Source: Fonticula alba ATCC 38817 (taxonomy: Eukaryota > Protista > Nucleariida). From it: a DNA stretch of 64,000 bases. The position numbers were made by a program, and so were the translations under genes. The DNA lies in NCBI GenBank assembly GCA_000388065.2, contig KB932206.1; one strand, written 5' to 3'. Numbering within the stretch: position 1 is the stretch's first letter; every line of letters starts with the position of its first letter. The notes under the pieces are model-generated. The model was not told the origin of the DNA and ran no database searches. It saw only the letters and a program-made list of their open reading frames with translations. Below are positions 60,401-64,000 of the stretch, one piece after another.

Positions 60401-63214
60401 CTCGTTGGTCCGTGTGCAGACCGCGCACATTGGCTCCCTCGGCGTCGCTCCAGCGCGTCACCTCCGGGACGGACCCGGCATAGGTGGGCACCAACTCGCC
60501 CAGCGGCCCGGCATACAGGATCTGCTCCGAATCCGGCCGGCCGGCGACCGGCTGGCAAGACACCCGCGGAATGGCGGTCACCAGGCGCACCGACAGCGAA
60601 TCATCGATGTCCGTGCACCCAGGCGGGTCAATGCAGAAGGGGTCCAGCAGGGAGGTCATGTCCCACCGCTGGGCGCACCCGAAGGAATCGCCAATGTCCG
60701 AGCTGAGGGCCAGGCGACCATCCGCATGCAGGACGTCGCGATCGTGCACGCTCGACTGGCTACCCAGCAGCTGGGCGATGTCTCGCAGTGGGCCATACAT
60801 GTCCTCCTCGGAGCCGAGGCTGGCCAGGGCCTCGAAGTGCGATTCATGCAACAGCCCATACTCGGTCAGCAGGGCCAGCAGGCGCGAGGATTTGGTGTGC
60901 GATGGCCCGAGCTCCCGAACGAAGAGGGCATTCGGCAAGCGCGAAGTCACCGGCCAGGAGCTGACTGTCAGGACAAACCGATGCCCGCCCGGGGCTTCGA
61001 GCAGTCGCGTGGCCCGGGCCCCGGCCAAGCAGACATTCATGACCGGTAGGCGCCGGTCGGCCGGCACCGCCTGGAAGACCTTTGTCCCGAGGTGGACCTC
61101 GTGGCCGAAGCTGCCGGATGCCGGCTTCAGCACCGCGGTCAGGGGGACCCGGCTACGAGCGGCAATGCCAACCACGCGTGCCTGCGGCAGGCCCCGGTAC
61201 CGGGTCAGGTACCCGCGAAGCCGAGGACAGGCGACCTGCTCCAGCTCCAGCCACTCGGCCCGGGGAAGGGGGGCGATGATGACGCGGTCACCATGGACTG
61301 TGGTGCGGATCAGAAGGCGAGCAGGACGATGAAACCAGGGGCATCAGCAGGCCGATGATACGAGGGTCAGTGCATGAGAGGCGGCGAGGAGGGGGGGGGG
61401 GGGGGGGGGGGAGAGCAGGAATGCGAAGGAGTCAAGTGGGCCACAAGGGAAAGACCGATGGCCAACGCACGAGCGCGATTGCGGAAGTCCATGCCGACGA
61501 TGAGGAAGCGCATGTGCGAGGAGTCACTTTCAATCTCGTCAACGGCGACATCCTCATCATTCTCACCCTCGCGCGGGGGGGCGTCACTGCCGGCGCGCTC
61601 GGCCGAGGAAACTGTCAGATCAGAGGCCAAACTTTCGGCCCCGGTGCGCACCAAGCCCACCGGCATCCGGGCGAGGATTTCGCGCTGCCCGGCCGACGGG
61701 GCGATGGACAGGTGGCGCAGGCGCTCGTAGTCTCGCGCTGAGAGGTCCACCGTGGCCACCGAACGCGATCGATTGGCCGACACGGAGAGAGTACCGCTGA
61801 TGTGGAGGGGGGGGGAGCGCCCGAATGGGCTGGCATGTTAGTCAAGGCACTCGCAGGGGCGAGGGGGGAGAGGACATGCAAGCGAGTCCGGCGGCATGCG
61901 TACGTGGCGGTAAAGCCGGCAAACTGGTCCAGCTGCCCGGGCGACCAGTAGGGTGGATAATAGATGATGGGATCGGCCCCGGTCTTGGAGGCGGGCAGCG
62001 TCTTGCTGCCGTCCGGCAGCCTGGCAATCACATCCGTCGACAGGCCGAGACGCTCCTGCACATAGGTCTCCAGGGGAAGGAGCGCCAAAGCCGGCCGGGT
62101 CCCGGCCACCTGGATGGCCATCTCCAAGAGGGGCAGCTCGGCCTCGGTGTGGACAATGGTCACCTCGACAGTTGACTTGCGGTTGGCGTTCAAGTGCTCC
62201 TGCAGGAAGCCAGCCAGTGCGATGGTGGCTGGGCATCGTGGGCAGCCGAATGACAGGGTGAGCCGGGGCCGACGGCGAGGAGGGACCGCCAAACAGGAGA
62301 AACGCACCAACCGCGCAGAAGATGTCCGATGGCAGGGTGGGACTGCTGTCGGTGCCCGTGCCGAAGTGATCGAGCAGGCGGTCCGTGTCGGCGACCTTCG
62401 GGTGGGTGAAGACGCTCATCTCATTCGGGTAGAAGGACATGGACCCCGGGGAGTTGAGGGCCATTTTGCTGTGCGAGCCGGGGAAGAGGCAATCAGTGGG
62501 CGAGGTACGGCAGGGTGGAGGGCAGTGAGCTTGGCGGCACGCACATGATGCTGTCGCGCTCAGAGCTGCCGAGCAAGTTCTCGATCTGAGTCGGGTGGCG
62601 ATTATTTCACCAGAAGGAACATGTCAGCACCTCCTCCACGAGGGGGAAGAGAGGGGGGGGGGGGGGGGGGGGNNNNNNNNNNNNNNNNNNNNNNNNNNNN
62701 NNNNNNNNNNNNNNNNNNNNNNGGGGGGGGGGGCAGGACGCACAATTCGCAGGGCCGTCTGCGACACGTAGTAATGGTCGGCCATGTTGTTGTTGTCCGA
62801 CCAGAAGTTGAAGAAGAATGCCTGGATGGCCTGGACCGTGGGGATGACCACACGTGCGGTGGAGCCGGTCCCGGCGGCAGACACCTGGTAGCAGGTCCCG
62901 CACAGGTGGAAGCCGCACAGCAAATCCCGACGGAGGTACAACTGCCCGACCGTGAAGCCCCCACTGCCAGACGTGGTGCTGGACTTGGCCAGCGAGGCGG
63001 CCGTGGCCGGCGCCGGCGTTTGGAAGCCGTCACTCGCTCCGAGAGGCAGAAGGCCGCCAGTGGCGGCCGTGGCCTCGGCTGACCGGTCGACATCGAAGCA
63101 GCGCAACAGCGACAGCTGTCCCACCTGGGCACGCTTGTTGACCAGACTCAAGGTGGAAAGGGTTTCGCCGGGGCCGCCGGCAGGGGATGCCGGGCCGGAG
63201 GCGGGGGGGGCCAT
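57431..63214 (-). CDS. DIS3/DIS3L-family 3'-5' exoribonuclease (CR3, PIN-like, cold-shock domains, RNB, S1)
   Basis: Multi-exon. YLRRDLLCGFHLCGTC (CR3), FYPNE, AVPADRRLP, SWPVTSRLP, intact RNB IDPPGCTDIDDSLS (60600-60629), MGVHISDV, RTATIY...PMLP, [35 protein letters not shown]. An extra 3' exon near 57200-57350 cannot be excluded. Confidence 0.9.
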
Positions 63215-63646
63215 GGCAGAAGGGGAGGGGGAGGCCGACGGAGAGAAAGAGGGGGAGAGAGAGAGAGAGAGAACAGGGAAGAAAGAAAGAAGGGCGCAGC
63301 ACAAGGACGAGAGATCTGAGACAGGGGGGGGGGGCGAAGGGCGGCACAATGTGTGATCCATTCCCGCCCCGGGAGAAGCCGGTCGCCGGCGCGCTGGGGC
63401 GAGAAAAGGCCCCCCCGGCCCGCTTCGGGACCAGGCCCAATCCCCGCGCGTCGGGGCTCGCAGGGGGGGGGGGGAGATCTAGCTATGTGGTCGCCCAGCG
63501 TGGATCCCCGAAACGCCGCCTTCTCCCTCGCCCCCGCGATGTGCGCGAACGGCCAGACTAGCCGGCTGTCCTTGCGAGGGAAGAAACAGTGGGGAACATC
63601 GTCGGTGGCCCCGGCCCCGGCCCCGGTCTCCAGACGATGTGCAGGG

Positions 63647-63982
63647 AACCACGGAACCAGAACGAAGGACGCAATACTGAGCGGGCGGGCCCGGCCTTCG
63701 GGAGATGCCTGCGCAATTGCTGAGGCCATGTATTTGCGCACATGTGATCTTCATCCCAGGCGTGCGCCCTCCATCTGTGTAGTGGAATCCCCATGTAAAC
63801 GATAGAGATCGGAAGAGCGTCGTAACCACGGAACCAGAACGAAGGACGCAATACTGAGCGGGCGGGCCCGGCCTTCGGGAGATGCCTGCGCAATTGCTGA
63901 GGCCATGTATTTGCGCACATGTGATCTTCATCCCAGGCGTGCGCCCTCCATCTGTGTAGTGGAATCCCCATGTAAACGATAG
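63647..63982. repeat. Exact ~159-bp direct duplication separated by an Illumina adapter fragment (assembly artefact)
   Basis: Copies at 63647-63805 and 63824-63982, with spacer AGATCGGAAGAGCGTCGT at 63806-63823. Confidence 0.93.
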
Positions 63983-64000
63983 ATGAAGCAACACGTGAGT

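Noticed and set aside
49550-63214. Three adjacent RNA-metabolism genes (Spp2-like, RPAP1, DIS3-like) as a functional cluster
   Set aside because: They act in different processes (splicing, Pol II assembly, decay). Adjacency of housekeeping genes in a compact genome is expected by chance, and there is no synteny evidence.
63780-63790. TGTAGTG / CACTACA resembling a CACTA transposon terminus, and hairpins suggesting an snRNA in the 159-bp unit
   Set aside because: There is no partner terminus or transposase, no match to U1/U2/U4/U5/U6 motifs I could recognise, and the duplication is explained by the adapter.

Overview
GC-rich, intron-containing eukaryotic genomic window from a draft assembly. 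It has about 20 N-gaps, most flanked by G/C homopolymers, and many microsatellites. Gene content and style fit an opisthokont protist such as Fonticula alba (inference only). Most six-frame ORFs are GC-driven noise. Manual splice reconstruction (GT-AG; donors mostly GTRCGY/GTATGT) supports about 18 protein genes and one tRNA-Asn(GUU). In order these are: a partial F-box-like gene, KDEL receptor ERD2, an OCA1/Siw14-type phosphatase, 3-hydroxyacyl-CoA dehydrogenase, SPT2, proteasome Rpt2, a tandem-WW protein, a DH-PH RhoGEF with an extra RanBD/EVH1-like module, a HeH/LEM-like membrane protein, an orphan gene, a histidine-phosphatase-fold protein, a Bro1-CaaX (BROX-like) protein, a 2-Cys peroxiredoxin with a probable distant mitochondrial-presequence exon, SEC22, PIGG/GPI7, tRNA-Asn, Spp2/GPKOW-like G-patch, RPAP1 and a DIS3/DIS3L exoribonuclease. 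I found no clear new multi-gene system. The strongest leads are single genes: a histidine pseudophosphatase (RHGxRxP became REGIFSP, HD became TE), the RhoGEF architecture, a PIN-degenerate Dis3, and an Rpt2 that appears to lack its myristoylation glycine. The tandem repeat at the right end is an artefact containing an Illumina adapter.
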